Below are positions 22,113 through 34,117 of a stretch of DNA of 64,000 nt, piece by piece. The stretch's first letter is position 1, and the number at the start of each line of letters is the position of its first letter. Below the pieces are notes generated by a model. That model saw nothing but the letters and a program-made list of their open reading frames with translations, ran no database searches and had not been told where the DNA came from. Source of the stretch: an uncultured delta proteobacterium (GTDB lineage Bacteria > Desulfobacterota > Desulfobacteria > Desulfobacterales > JAHEIW01); the NCBI GenBank assembly GCA_963706575.1, contig CAVPNL010000004.1:256001-320000 (forward strand), given 5' to 3'. The position numbers were made by a program, and so were the translations under genes.

Positions 22113-22340
22113 TGGTAATTATCCCATATACTTCTAAATGTATGGTAATAATTGAATATAGACAACCTCACAATTAAGAACTATTGCTTCGAAAAGATCC
22201 AATAGGATGATAAGCAGAATCAGGAAAGGAAGACCGGAAAAAAACAGCGTGAACCGTGATCTTTAAATATTTATAAATAAAATATTCTGTCCTTCGAATC
22301 AATATTATTGTTGCTGAAAATTGATCATCCTTAGAAAAAT

Positions 22341-22752
22341 AAGGGGACGGTCATGAATATCTTACGGCGCTCTATTCCTCGGCAAATAATATGAACCCAT
22401 CTCAAAAAAGCGTCTAAGTGCCCATGGCTGTGTTGCCCCGCAAGCGGGATTCGCATCTGATTTTTTGGATTAGGGTGCAGCACAGGCCTCCGATAAATGC
22501 TCACATACTAGCCCATCATGTATGCTGAGAACAACGACTTTGCCGATCGGCCTGCGCCTTGATGCATACCTTAATCTTTTAAGATCAGATATGTAATCCC
22601 GCAGCAGCGGGGCCATGAACCCTAATCCACATTTTTGAGATGGGTTCATGATGGAATGCCCCGGGGGCATCTATGCGGGCTTTGCGTCCCTTAGGAAGCC
22701 TAAGACATAACGCTCATCAAAAAGAAATGCATTTTTTCATATCCGTCCCCTT
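22341..22752. mobile_element. AAGGGGACGG/CCGTCCCCTT-bounded element containing a nested MITE (22393-22647)
   Basis: Outer 10-bp IR; inner TIRs gaacccatctcaaaaa/tttttgagatgggttc flanked by AT on both sides. Confidence 0.55.
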
Positions 22753-22770
22753 TATGTCCTGTTGTTTACT

Positions 22771-23959
22771 CTACTCAGGGCAAGGCCAGGGAACATCTTC
22801 TTCTTCGGTCCATGTAATTATGTAAGGATTCTTATACCAGTCAGGTACTTGGCCCTGACCGTAGCAACGATAATCCCCAAAATATTCGTCAACATGGCTG
22901 ATGGATACATATCTTGTTCCGCTTTCTTTCTGCAATGCCTCGGCATTTATTCCATTCACTTTCTTGACTCATACACATTTTTTTCATCCATTGAGTCTCG
23001 CCTTCGTTAATTTCACTTTGATTATGACAGCAGCCACCACCCAATTCTTCGCAGATCTGTATCTCAGCCTCCAGGGTTAAGCTTATACAATCGTTCTTAC
23101 AGGCCTCATGTTCATATTTAAACCAATCCGGAAAACCGGCGCAGTTTTCTTCGTTGTCTAACACAGCGCACATGAATGCCGTCTGAGATTCATCCTTACT
23201 TAAAGTGGCTTTTGCTTGATTATCATCAGGCTCAAGACTGTCGGATATTTCATTTGAATCAACATAAATTTTGTACTTGATAAACTTCTGGTCTTCCGGC
23301 CAGATATCTCCTTTTTTAACCATAATTTTTGCTTCTACGCCTGTTTTCAGGGCTATCCAAAACCTGGTGGATAGTTGTTCTGTAGATTCCAAAAATGAAC
23401 CCAGTGGACCTAAAAGTTTAACGTACAAACCATAATCAGATGGATCTACCGCCTCAACTGAAATCTCGAACCAACTGCCGAAGTTTGAATCCGGTGCTTT
23501 GATTGTATAAAGGTCTTCATCATCTTCATGATGAAGTATGCTTTCATATTCTACGTCAGGAATTAGAGAAGATGTAACCACTAAAGGAAAAATTTGACCT
23601 GTTGTGAACGCATAGCAAAATGCCCCTGTCGAAGCATATGCGCTTGCTCCAAATCTAATCTGACCCTCTGGTAAATTGTACCCTTCTGCGATCCAAGCAG
23701 TCCGTTGACTGTTGAACTGAAAGACGTCGGTAATCTCATCAATAACAGTATCATCTTCGTAAAGTTGGGCTTCCAGAGAGTCCCTATCAGTTGTACCGCA
23801 ACCGTCGTGCGCTACAACAAGATCATGAGGAGTAGTAACATGAATAGGCTGAAAATCCTTAAAGGGTGGATCATGTATTAGGATGCGACTACAGCCAGAT
23901 AAAAGAATTATAAAAAAGCCGGTGATTAACAAAGCTAAACGGGAGAGATTTTTCTTCAC
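22771..23959 (-). CDS. putative lipoprotein with Cys-rich C-terminus (probable frameshift near 22950)
   Basis: Lipobox LLSGC; GGAGG RBS; overlapping ORF 22771-22959 looks like the continuation. Confidence 0.6.
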
Positions 23960-24533
23960 AATAACCTCCTTTTATCATGTTGCTTCTATTGAACATTCTG
24001 TTTTTTTCTGTTTTTGCTTTTTAAATACCTCACCGTATACGAAATAAGGCTATTGTCAGTTGGCAGGAAGGATGACACAATTAAAAAGACCCTCGAATAC
24101 GAAACAATTACATAATTACTCCCAACAAAACATCCAAGTTTTGTTAAAAGCAAAATAGGCACATTTTAGAGGAATGCCCATCTAATATTTACCTAATTTG
24201 CTTAAAGTTGAAAATGAAACCAGTACCTATTTCATCAAGAGGGGCAAATCAGGTGTTGAGTAGGTCAATCAACAGACGAATGTGAATAGCAGAGTGATTT
24301 GTCGGTGAAATATAATTTGAGATGTGAAATTGAACTTCTGGAAGCGCACAATTATTAAACTAATATTTGAAAACCGAAATAAATGTCAATAATAATCGAT
24401 TTATCCGTCAAATTTCAAAGGGTATTGTCAAGCTTTTATATATTGGAAACACAACTATTGCAATCTTTGGTGTCAAATTGTATAGAAAAAGGGGAGATCC
24501 TTTTACCCCCTTTTCCGTATTGAATTGTAAATT

Positions 24534-25745
24534 CTACATTTTTCTTTTAAGCGCCAACATCGTAATGTCGTCGAATTGATTGTCTTGTTGAAAATCCCTG
24601 AGATATTTATCAATATGGATAAACATCTGCGATAAACTAAGTTGCTGGCAATCACAAACAAGTTTGGTAAACCTGTCCACCCCGAACAATTCATCATAGG
24701 GAGAACAAGCTTCGGTAACGCCGTCGGTGTATAAAACTAAAATCTGTCCAGTTTCCAGCTTGTCCACGTAATCCTTATACGACTGTCCCGGACTAACGCC
24801 CAGAGCCGTTCCATGTTTGCATGAGAGCTCCCTGCAGGAGTCGTTCGGCCCAAATAACAAGGCGGGGTTGTGACCTCCGTTGGAATAGGTCAGCCGGCCG
24901 GTGGGAAGATGGTAAAAAGCTACATAAGCGGAGACAAACATCCCGGTGTCGTTCCCTTCACAGAGAAGGTCGTTTGTTTCTGCCAGTACTTGCGATGGTG
25001 ATTTAAGCTGCTTTACAATGGATCGAAAAATCGTACGGCTGATCATCATAAAAAGAGCGGCTGGAACTCCTTTGTCCGATACATCCGCTATGATCACCGC
25101 CAGGTGGTCATCATCAACAAAAAAATAATCGTAAAAATCACCGCCGACCTCCCGGGCCGGGGTCATCATCGCATAAAGGTCAAACTCGCGGTGTTCGGGG
25201 AACGCCGGAAAAGTGGACGGCAGTATGCTTCTCTGAATCTGGGCGGCGATGTTTAATTCGCTCTCTATTTTTTCTTTGGCCGCGCGAAGTTTATATTCCA
25301 CACGCTGGCGCTCAGCAATCTCCTGTGTTCGCTTTTCAACGAGTTCTTCAAGGTGATTTCTATGGAGTTTGAGATCCAGATGATTCCTGACTCGGGCTTT
25401 AACCAATTCAGGATTAAACGGCTTGGTTATATAGTCAACAGCGCCAAATCCCAGCCCCCTGGCCTCATCTCCTTCTTCCTTTAAAGCAGTAAGGAATATT
25501 ACCGGAATATTTCGCGTTATCTCCATTTCTTTAAGCTTTTGACACACCTCGTAACCATCCATGCCCGGCATCATTATGTCCAGCAGGATGAGATCGGGTG
25601 GGCTCTTCTTAATATCTTCCAGGGCCGATTCTCCATCCGTGGCCACAACAACTTTATAATCGTCAGCGAGAGTTTCAAGGAGAATATCGATATTGGCTTC
25701 CGTATCGTCAACTACCATTACGCGCATACTGGATAGCTCTGACAT
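24534..25745 (-). CDS. response regulator with PP2C/SpoIIE phosphatase domain (RsbU-like)
   Basis: REC (VVDD, LLDIMMP, TKPF) + VGGDFYD, IADVSDKG, LYTDGVTE, DDIT. Confidence 0.92.
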   Translation of the reverse strand: MSELSSMRVMVVDDTEANIDILLETLADDYKVVVATDGESALEDIKKSPPDLILLDIMMPGMDGYEVCQKLKEMEITRNIPVIFLTALKEEGDEARGLGFGAVDYITKPFNPELVKARVRNHLDLKLHRNHLEELVEKRTQEIAERQRVEYKLRAAKEKIESELNIAAQIQRSILPSTFPAFPEHREFDLYAMMTPAREVGGDFYDYFFVDDDHLAVIIADVSDKGVPAALFMMISRTIFRSIVKQLKSPSQVLAETNDLLCEGNDTGMFVSAYVAFYHLPTGRLTYSNGGHNPALLFGPNDSCRELSCKHGTALGVSPGQSYKDYVDKLETGQILVLYTDGVTEACSPYDELFGVDRFTKLVCDCQQLSLSQMFIHIDKYLRDFQQDNQFDDITMLALKRKM

Positions 25746-25755
25746 ACTTTGGCCT

Positions 25756-28700
25756 CTACCTTTCTAATTGCTCCATGATTTGTGACAGCAATTCCTGTCC
25801 TTCCTTGAACTTATACTTCTCGACGTATCGACTTAAATCCTTAAGCCCCTGAACATATTCATCAGGCCAGATATAACCGTCTATTTCCTTCACTATTTCT
25901 TTGCAAGGTTTTGCCTCTCGTTCCAAAACATATGGTCTTAACTTTAAAAGCAGTCTCTGGAGTACTGCCTCATCAGCAACAGGTCCTTTGGATCGATTTT
26001 CTTCTTGTTTAAAATCAACACCGACAGCATTGCTTATCGAGTCCAGGACAATATTCAATTCCTTTTCGAATTGATCTAAAAGATTTTCAAGATCACTCGC
26101 CGACTGTTTTCTTACGGCTGTTTCCATCTCAGAGGCGGTTTTCTCCAGATCAATTGCTCCGATATTACCGGAGACTCCTTTAACTGTATGAACCAAGCGT
26201 TTAGCAAGTTCATGCTCCCCATTATTTAGGGCGCTCTTGATCTGGGAAGTCGCATCAGCATAATCTCGATGAAACTTTGATAAAAGGTCTACATAAAGTG
26301 ACTCGTTGCCACCTGCTCGAACGAGGCCTGTTTGCACCTCAATGCCCGTCATCTCTACCGGAAGCCGTTTAGCTCTTTCCGCAATTTTCTGTCTTTTTTT
26401 AGCAAAAATATCATCCGGTATTGGTCGTTTACCAGGTTTGATCCAAGTTAATAAGGTCGAAAAAAGCTGATCGGGATTAATCGGCTTGGTTATATGGTCA
26501 TTCATTCCGGCTTCAAGGCTCTTTTCCTTATCACCGGCCATAGCATGCGAGGTGATAGCAACAATGGGCAGATCTCTGAATCGTTCGTTTTTTCGGATCT
26601 CCAAAGTGGCTTTGTAACCGTCCATTATTGGCATCTGGACGTCCATGAGCACGGCGTCAAACTCCTTATCCTGAACAACATTTAGCGCTTCTTGTCCATT
26701 GTTGGCGATGGTCACTAAAAAACCAACCCCTTCGAGAAGTTCCTGCGCCAACTGCTGATTGATCTCATTGTCTTCAACCAGAAGGATCCGAGCGCCCTGA
26801 ATCGCTTTTAACCGTAGGATCATCTGGTCCTCTATCGCCGGTGGCCGGATCAGTTCAGAAGTATACCGGTTGACGGTTTGAATAATCGTGTCAAAAAGGT
26901 CAGATTGACTGAATGGCTTGACCAAAAAGCTCTCCAAGCCGACTTGGTCAGCCTGCCGCATGATTTCCGCGCGGTTATCGTCGTCAACCATGATGATCGT
27001 TGGGATTTTTGATTGAGTATCAGAATCCTTTTTGCGCCGCGGTGCCTCGAAACCTTTCATCCCCGCTATCTTCCAATCAATCAGCAAGAGCTCATAAGGC
27101 CGGTCCTTAGAGGCATTCTCCAGTTTCTTTAAGCCCTCCTGACCCGATACCGCCAGCGATATGTCGAAGCTAAAAGATTCAAGCATTTTTTGCATGCTAT
27201 CCAGAGATGCAGCCTCAGCATCCACCACCAAAACCTTCATCGCCTGGAGGATCTTTGTCGATTTAAGAAGTTTATCCTCTTTCTGCGAACTTCGCCCAAA
27301 GACGGCAGTGAAGGTAAACATGCTGCCCTTGCCTACCTCGCTTTCAGCCCGGATATCTCCGTCCATCATATTTACAAGAACTTTGCAGATGACCAAACCC
27401 AATCCGGTACCGCCGTATTTACGGGTTGTGGAAGTGTCCGCCTGAGTGAAAGCTTGAAAAAGTTTATCAATCTGCTTCTCGCTCATGCCGATGCCGGTGT
27501 CCCGTACTGAGAAACGCAGGGTGATCTTTTCATCCGATTTTTCCATCAGCTCGGTTGTTAGCACGACTTCGCCCTTTTCGGTGAATTTAATAGCGTTGTC
27601 ACATAGGTTGACTAGAACTTGGTGGAGTCTTAGAGGATCTCCCACCAGTAAATGTGGTATCCGGGGATCGATATGAAACAGCACCTCGAGATTTTCTTTT
27701 TCCTGGGCTTTGACAATGACCATGGTGGCAAGATCATTTAATGTCTCGGTCAGATCAAAATTCACCTGTTCCATGTTCAGTTTTCCGGATTCGATTTTTG
27801 AAAAATCTAAAATGTCATTGAGAATACGGAGAAGAGATTTAGAGGAATTTTCGATCTTTTTAAGGTAATCTCGTTGCTTAGCTGTTAAATCCGTTTTTAA
27901 GGCCAGATAGGATAACCCGATAATGGCATTCATCGGGGTGCGGATCTCATGACTCATATTGGCAAGAAATTCGCTCTTTGTTTGGGCAGCGGCCTCGGCA
28001 GCTTCCTTTGCGATCTTAAGTTGGCTGGCTTGTTTTTTTTCGGTTATATCATCGATAATGCCTTCGTAATAAAGTATGTTGTTATTTTCATCCCTGATCT
28101 CGTGACTATTCTCTGATACATCGATAATTTCACCATTTTTGCGATAAACCTGCGCCTCAAAACCCCGGACCACTCCCTCATCTTTAAGCAGGTTTTGCAG
28201 TCTTTTCCTGTCAGCAGAGTTTACGTAAAATTGAGTGCTTACGTCCGTTACTTCTTTGATCATTTCTTCAGGCGATGCGTAACCCAAAATTTGAGCAAAA
28301 GCGGGATTGACCGTCATCAGCCGGCCTTTGGCATCTGCTGTTGATCGGTAAATTCCTACTGTGGCATTCTCAAAAATACTGCGGTATTTCTCTTCCGCTT
28401 CTCTTATGGCCACTTGACCGTCGTGAAGCTTAACGGACATTTCATTAAAAGCTGCGCCCATCTTCCCAATTTCGTCTTTAAAGGGTAGATAGACGGTCTC
28501 TCCTAAATAACCTTCTTGTAACTTGTTTATAGCGTTATGAAGCACGGAAACCGGCCGGATGACGAATCTGGAAAGCATAAAATTAAGGAGAACGGACATA
28601 AGAATCAGTGTCGTTAACAAGAGCGTCAGAAAAATGGTAATGGACAGACGGGTTTCCTTGATCAACTCTTGGAAATCATAATATATTTCGATATTAGCGA

Positions 28701-29136
28701 TCTCCTGACCGATTACCTCAATCCCACGGGAATAGATACCCAGCGATCTTCCCTGATATGACTTTGTCACCAATGAAGCCGAACGGACGTTGGCATTTCG
28801 GTTTAGTTCCTTTAAACGTTTGGAAAATGACTCATCGGTGGACAAAAACAACTCACCATCAGGCAGATAGATGCTTATCGCAGCAATTCCCTCAACCTTT
28901 GAAATATCTTGGAGAGTTACCGCCAGGGCTCTCTTTTGTTTAGCGAATATTTCATTGGCTAGGTCTTCATATTTTTGCTGAAAAATCGTGTCCAGCAGCA
29001 ACTCGATCTTTTCCACATGGGAGTCGTGTCGGCGGATTTCAAATGGGTAGAGAATCGTTCCGAAAATAATCGCTATAACGAGACACGTAATAAAGATGGC
29101 TATATTGATTTTGAATCGTAGGCTTCTGTTTTTCAT
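25756..29136 (-). CDS. hybrid sensor histidine kinase (TM-HAMP-PAS-HisKA-HATPase-REC-REC-Hpt)
   Basis: [32 protein letters not shown], two receivers, HTVKG Hpt. Confidence 0.95.
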   Translation of the reverse strand: MKNRSLRFKINIAIFITCLVIAIIFGTILYPFEIRRHDSHVEKIELLLDTIFQQKYEDLANEIFAKQKRALAVTLQDISKVEGIAAISIYLPDGELFLSTDESFSKRLKELNRNANVRSASLVTKSYQGRSLGIYSRGIEVIGQEIANIEIYYDFQELIKETRLSITIFLTLLLTTLILMSVLLNFMLSRFVIRPVSVLHNAINKLQEGYLGETVYLPFKDEIGKMGAAFNEMSVKLHDGQVAIREAEEKYRSIFENATVGIYRSTADAKGRLMTVNPAFAQILGYASPEEMIKEVTDVSTQFYVNSADRKRLQNLLKDEGVVRGFEAQVYRKNGEIIDVSENSHEIRDENNNILYYEGIIDDITEKKQASQLKIAKEAAEAAAQTKSEFLANMSHEIRTPMNAIIGLSYLALKTDLTAKQRDYLKKIENSSKSLLRILNDILDFSKIESGKLNMEQVNFDLTETLNDLATMVIVKAQEKENLEVLFHIDPRIPHLLVGDPLRLHQVLVNLCDNAIKFTEKGEVVLTTELMEKSDEKITLRFSVRDTGIGMSEKQIDKLFQAFTQADTSTTRKYGGTGLGLVICKVLVNMMDGDIRAESEVGKGSMFTFTAVFGRSSQKEDKLLKSTKILQAMKVLVVDAEAASLDSMQKMLESFSFDISLAVSGQEGLKKLENASKDRPYELLLIDWKIAGMKGFEAPRRKKDSDTQSKIPTIIMVDDDNRAEIMRQADQVGLESFLVKPFSQSDLFDTIIQTVNRYTSELIRPPAIEDQMILRLKAIQGARILLVEDNEINQQLAQELLEGVGFLVTIANNGQEALNVVQDKEFDAVLMDVQMPIMDGYKATLEIRKNERFRDLPIVAITSHAMAGDKEKSLEAGMNDHITKPINPDQLFSTLLTWIKPGKRPIPDDIFAKKRQKIAERAKRLPVEMTGIEVQTGLVRAGGNESLYVDLLSKFHRDYADATSQIKSALNNGEHELAKRLVHTVKGVSGNIGAIDLEKTASEMETAVRKQSASDLENLLDQFEKELNIVLDSISNAVGVDFKQEENRSKGPVADEAVLQRLLLKLRPYVLEREAKPCKEIVKEIDGYIWPDEYVQGLKDLSRYVEKYKFKEGQELLSQIMEQLER

Positions 29137-29200
29137 TTTTCCAACATATTAAAAATATTTTCTTTTTAAGTTGTGGATTGTCTTTTTCCAAAAAATTGAT

Positions 29201-30316
29201 TCAGGGTTCCAGGGTTTTAAGATAATGTGCTTTACCATTTTTTATTTCCATAAAAACAGCACTCTTGACCGGATCGCCATGATTGTTGAAACTAATGGTT
29301 CCAGTTACGCCTTTAAAAGTGCGGGTGTTTGCGATGGCATCCCGAATCTTTTTCCTATCGGTGGATTTTGCTCGCGTGATGGCTGCGGCCAAAAGCATCG
29401 TAGCGTCATATGCAAGCGCGGTGGTGACGATATGACTTTCCGAATGAATATTATATTTTTTGACAAAGGCCCGGGATTGATCCGTATCCAGATAAACGGA
29501 CCAGTGGGTGCTGTAAAAACCATGTTTTAACTCTGAGCCGCCTTTTCTGAAAAAAGCCGGTGAACTCCATCCGTCTCCACCAAGAAAAATTGACGATGTC
29601 CCTGCATTTTGGGCCTCTTTAACGATCAAGCCGCTCTCATCGTGGCCGGGGACAAAAAGAACGTCTGCATTGGCGTTAACGGCTTTTTTAATTTCTTTGT
29701 CAAATTGTTGCTGCTTTAGCTTATATTCTAGTTCAAGCAGCACCTTACCACCCAGTTGCTCAAAGTTTTTACGAAATATTTCGGATAGCTTGAGGCTATA
29801 ATCACTGGTAACATCCACGAAAATGACGGCAGTGGTTATATTTAGATCCCGACGTGCAAATTTGGCGATTATCTTGCCCTGAAAATCATCGGTAAAGCAA
29901 ACCCTGAAGATATAATCTCCGATTTTAGTCACTTCAGGATTTGTTGAGTAACTAGAAATCATAGGAATCTCGGATTCCTGCGCTACTTTGGCGGCCGCAA
30001 TGGAATGGGAACTCCAATCCGATCCCACGATGGCGACAACATTGGCTTCAGCCGCCCGTTTTGCTGCTACAGTAGAACCGATGGGTGTGCTTTGATTATC
30101 GTACACCACAAGGTTTATTTTTCTCCCTAAAACTCCGCCTTGTCTGTTGATCTCACCAACCGCATAACCCACTCCTTGAAGTGCCAATGCATTGGATTCG
30201 GCCGCGGCCCCCGTCACCGCATAAATGGCTGCAATGTCAATGGGCTCCTCCCCATGGGCCGGTGACACTAAAAAGAAAATAATTAGAAAAAACAGAATGT
30301 ATCTGCTCTCTTCCAT
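29201..30316 (-). CDS. LivK-type (branched-chain amino acid) periplasmic binding protein
   Basis: EINRQGGVLGRKI, YIFRVCFTDDFQG, GVTGTISF. Confidence 0.88.
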   Translation of the reverse strand: MEESRYILFFLIIFFLVSPAHGEEPIDIAAIYAVTGAAAESNALALQGVGYAVGEINRQGGVLGRKINLVVYDNQSTPIGSTVAAKRAAEANVVAIVGSDWSSHSIAAAKVAQESEIPMISSYSTNPEVTKIGDYIFRVCFTDDFQGKIIAKFARRDLNITTAVIFVDVTSDYSLKLSEIFRKNFEQLGGKVLLELEYKLKQQQFDKEIKKAVNANADVLFVPGHDESGLIVKEAQNAGTSSIFLGGDGWSSPAFFRKGGSELKHGFYSTHWSVYLDTDQSRAFVKKYNIHSESHIVTTALAYDATMLLAAAITRAKSTDRKKIRDAIANTRTFKGVTGTISFNNHGDPVKSAVFMEIKNGKAHYLKTLEP

Positions 30317-30385
30317 GGGACCTCCTGCTAAATTTCCGATTTGCAGGTTGAAGCTTCTCGTGTCGAAGATCATGAACACCTCTTT

Positions 30386-31501
30386 CTAAGGTTTGATGGC
30401 CTTGTAGTACTCGGGCCTACCCTTATCCAACTTTATAATGATGACTTCTTTGTCGAGGGGATCTCCATTCTCATCAAAGGATATTATTCCGGTGGCAGCT
30501 TGAAACCCTTTGGTTTCAGCAATGGCGTCCCTGAGTCTATCTCCATTCAATGTAGCCGCGCGGTTTATGGCGGTTGCTAACACTGTGAATGCGTCATATG
30601 CCAACGGAGCGCTCATATTCTTTATTTGCATATCATATTTCTTACGATATATTTTTTTGAGGTGAATGCTTTTGGGAAAAGGAACATCAGGATGCCAGGG
30701 AGCAGAGTGGTAGCTGCCGTCAACCGCTTCTCCGCCATATTTGTATATTTCATCCCAGGCATCACCGCCAAGAAACGTTGCCTTCACCCCCATGGATACA
30801 GCCTGCTTGATTAAGAGTCCACTGTCTCTCGTGTATCCCGGGACATAAACCACGTCGGGCGCAAGCTTTGCTGTTAATTCAAGCACGTCGGAAAAATCGA
30901 CCGCCTTTCCCCTGTAACTTCCATCTAAAAGAATTTTACCGCCGATTCGCTTAAATGCATTCATGAAATACTCGGCAAGCTTTATGCTGTACTCCTCATC
31001 GATGTTTTTCAGAACAACCGCCTTCCGGGCTCCGAGACTGGCGTAAGCAAATCTCGCCATCGCTTGTCCCTGGAATGAGTCGATAAAACAGACGCGGAAA
31101 ATGTAATTTCCAATCTGAGTGACTTTGGGGTTAGTCGAACCCGGTGAAATCATAGGGATCCCCGCTTTTTGGAGGGTGGGTGCCAGGGCAAGGGAATGAG
31201 AACTCCAGTGTGCTCCGATAACGGCTGCGACACCCAGTCGAACTACTTCTTCGGCCGCCAGTTTCGAGCCGATGGGTGTGCTTTTATTATCCAGTGTGAT
31301 TAACCTAACGGGATGTCCAAGCAATCCTCCTTCATTGTTTAATTCCTCGGCAGCCAATTTTACCATCTCTATGAGAGGTGCATTGTGTATTGCCGCAATC
31401 CCAGTTTCGGAAAAAACCGCTCCGATTTTGACCTGCTCGGACGCAAAAGATGAAAAAGAAAGAGCCTCCATCAAACACAACAAGATTATAATTCTTTTCA
31501 T
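30386..31501 (-). CDS. LivK-type periplasmic binding protein (paralog)
   Basis: GGLLGHPV, YIFRVCFIDSFQG, ATGIISFDENGD. Confidence 0.88.
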   Translation of the reverse strand: MKRIIILLCLMEALSFSSFASEQVKIGAVFSETGIAAIHNAPLIEMVKLAAEELNNEGGLLGHPVRLITLDNKSTPIGSKLAAEEVVRLGVAAVIGAHWSSHSLALAPTLQKAGIPMISPGSTNPKVTQIGNYIFRVCFIDSFQGQAMARFAYASLGARKAVVLKNIDEEYSIKLAEYFMNAFKRIGGKILLDGSYRGKAVDFSDVLELTAKLAPDVVYVPGYTRDSGLLIKQAVSMGVKATFLGGDAWDEIYKYGGEAVDGSYHSAPWHPDVPFPKSIHLKKIYRKKYDMQIKNMSAPLAYDAFTVLATAINRAATLNGDRLRDAIAETKGFQAATGIISFDENGDPLDKEVIIIKLDKGRPEYYKAIKP

Positions 31502-31525
31502 AATTTTCTCCCTTATATATCTGCC

Positions 31526-31708
31526 ATGAAGAAAATGGTTGACGAAATATTTATTCTTGCTGAAGGCTTAAAGAAGCTTTGGGCTGAATTAGGAGCGCTC
31601 TATGAAGAGGAAGAGGAAGAGGAGGATGCTGTTTTTTCAAATTTGCTACTCAAGATACTGGATCTAATCGAGACGAAGACTGAAAAGGTAATAGCCCTCT
31701 GCCTGTAG
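31526..31708 (+). CDS. small acidic hypothetical protein
   Basis: ORF only. Confidence 0.3.
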   Translation: MKKMVDEIFILAEGLKKLWAELGALYEEEEEEEDAVFSNLLLKILDLIETKTEKVIALCL

Positions 31709-32313
31709 CTTAAAATACCAATACAAAATTGTTTATGAGAGGTCAAGAAAAAACAAAATAATGAATGGGACCGAATCGATGGATTTTCATCTAAACGATA
31801 GTATTGCGTATTATCATTATAACATTTTGTCGACTGCCCATTTTTTCATTCGTGCCTGAAGCTGGAATTTGGAGGGATAAAAAATTTGAGGAGTTTGCGG
31901 GTGCGCGGTGCAAATTATTCCTGAATCAAAAGCAACTGGTCACTTCAAGCGGCTATCTTTGCAGCCGCGCCGATTGAAACCAGTGGTTGTAGTCTGCCGC
32001 TCTTCGCGCTCTGACTGGCAGGTCACGATTAAATTTTGCGTATGTAAGATATATGAAATTCTGGATGGTAAATTTTAAATTACACATGATTATTTCGTAC
32101 CAACTTGATCTCCAACTTTATGAGTAAAAGCCGGTGGAGCTTTTCAGCTCCATCCGGCTATGAGAGTGCGTATGATCATCGGCAAAATTAGTCCAGAAAG
32201 TCTATAATAAGCAACGAGGTATAAGTGCCTGAATGCGAAAGGCGAATTTTTGTATTGTTAATATTCGCAAATACACGCGCTTTTAGATTATTTAGACACA
32301 AGAAATGCAGCAG

Positions 32314-32904
32314 CTATTGAGTATCCGGTGCATAAATGCACATGACATTGAGTACAACACGGGCAAAAATATGATTATTGTTTGGGTGCTGAATGAACTG
32401 CCAACCGATAGGAAGTTCTCCTGGTTGGCAAGTCATACCTTCGAGTCCTGGAACTCTGTCATCCTCGTCATAGTATTTGCACACCGGACGCAGGACATCA
32501 TTGTATCCAGTACCCTGAAACCGAACCTCCCCTCCGGGCATAGCCAAGTACGTATATGCGTTGCCGCTGATAGCGACATCATCAGGAATGTTGTCGCAGT
32601 AAACGATAATCGGATCAGGTGTAAAGCTCGGATCAGGTGTAAAGTAGGGACTAACCTCAATAACTTTCATATATTTTTCTAAAATACCAGCCGATCCTTG
32701 TGGTCCTGCTAGTCCCTGCGGTCCTGCTGGTCCCGGAGGCCCCTGTGGTCCTGGAGTCGATTTATTATTATCAAACTGTTTGATCAGACTAAATAAAAAT
32801 GCAAACGGCTTTCCGGGTACATGGTCCTTTTTAGCAAGAGCAACCTGTGGAAATCCTATGAAAAATACACCTATCAATACGATCATGATCTTGATAAATT
32901 TCAT
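32314..32904 (-). CDS. secreted protein with short collagen-like Gly-X-Y repeat
   Basis: Signal peptide MKFIKIM...ALA; GPQGPPGPAGPQGLAGPQGSAG; GGAGG RBS. Confidence 0.75.
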   Translation of the reverse strand: MKFIKIMIVLIGVFFIGFPQVALAKKDHVPGKPFAFLFSLIKQFDNNKSTPGPQGPPGPAGPQGLAGPQGSAGILEKYMKVIEVSPYFTPDPSFTPDPIIVYCDNIPDDVAISGNAYTYLAMPGGEVRFQGTGYNDVLRPVCKYYDEDDRVPGLEGMTCQPGELPIGWQFIQHPNNNHIFARVVLNVMCIYAPDTQ

Positions 32905-33042
32905 AGTTAACCTCCTATCAATTGAATATGAATCAAGAACACATAAGCCCACCTTCTCCCATTATTAAGGCGTTACTTCCCCATAACAAAAAAAGCCGCG
33001 CCACCCTGTTTTCCAAGGTAACCCGGCTTCCTATCCGACATC

Positions 33043-33117
33043 TAGGCAACCCGGCTATCTCTTTGAGACCCGTGGCTTTCCGTCCCCTTCTCACAAAGGG
33101 TTTGGCTTTGTCATGGA
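33043..33117 (-). promoter_or_regulatory. c-di-GMP-I (GEMM) riboswitch
   Basis: Minus strand AAAGCCAAACCCTTTGTGAGAAGGGGACGGAAAGCCACGGGTCTC...AGCCGGGTTGCC, followed by a GCCG...CGGC-U7 terminator (about 32989-33030). Confidence 0.9.
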
Positions 33118-33251
33118 ATTAATTGTTTTTTTAACGATAAAAATTAATTTGCAAATATGCGTACTTTATATGTATCGGCATTTCTAAAATTAACTTTAGA
33201 AAAATTTTTACAATTCAAACTTCTTCCAAAGATCGAATATCAGCCAATTCC

Positions 33252-33312
33252 AGATATGAGAGTATCACCAAAACGGGGAACTTGTGATATCATCCCTATT
33301 CTTGATGATATC
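33252..33312 (+). repeat. GATAT site variant
   Basis: agatatgagagtatcaccaaaacggggaacttgtgatatc; nearly identical to 49910-49955 and 48870-48902. Confidence 0.7.
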
Positions 33313-33395
33313 ATAACAATTTTTGAGCTTTATAATTCAGCACAATGATCACGAATGAGAGACTATTGGTTTGAAATGTGTGAGGTTATATTCTG

Positions 33396-33626
33396 TCACT
33401 CAACAATCTCGAGTATGTACCTTTTACGTTTCTTTCCAGCAGCTGCACTTAAAATTGTCCGAATTGCTTGGGCTGTTCTGCCCCGTTTGCCAATGATCTT
33501 TCCCATATCCGGCTTTGCTACCCTTACTTCCAACACCGTGGTGTGGCTACTTCCAATTTCATTGACAGAAACCTCTTCCGGCTGATCAACAAGTGCTTTT
33601 ACAATTTTAGTGATCAGATCCTTCAT
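33396..33626 (-). CDS. khpA: KH-domain RNA-binding protein KhpA
   Basis: IVKALVDQPEEV...DMGKIIGKRGRTAQAIRTIL. Confidence 0.9.
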   Translation of the reverse strand: MKDLITKIVKALVDQPEEVSVNEIGSSHTTVLEVRVAKPDMGKIIGKRGRTAQAIRTILSAAAGKKRKRYILEIVE

Positions 33627-34117
33627 AGCCCAGCCTCCCCATCTGTTATCCGGTATTTATTCAGAATCAAACTATATCGATCCTACCTCTATATGCAATA
33701 TAAAATTACTAAGCACTGCATTAGAGGGGGGCTGGATTCCGACAGGATATAGGCTTATAAAATGAAAGGGGTGACTCCGAAGAGTCACCCTGAATGGTGC
33801 AGAACATTAGCACAACATTAATCGATCCAATTTCAAAAGCACCGATTCCATACTAAAAAAAGTATAGTTTAAATGTCAACCCCATTTTCCGAAATAATCT
33901 AAGTCCATAGGACTCACGGTAACCGTTGTGGTGCCGTATATAGCTCCCGCCTAATGCTATACACAACCTTTGACAACAACTCCGGATTTATGTATCTCTA
34001 CTTAGCGAATTCGACCTCACAAACATTGTTAACCCAAATAGTTTATCAGATATCGGAACATGTATAGAATGCAGTTGTTTAATAGGATATTGTTTACGTG
34101 AAAATATTAGGTGGCTC

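Noticed and set aside
33043..33117. c-AMP-GMP (Geobacter-type) riboswitch variant
   Set aside because: The selector nucleotide is G, not A, in both aptamers.
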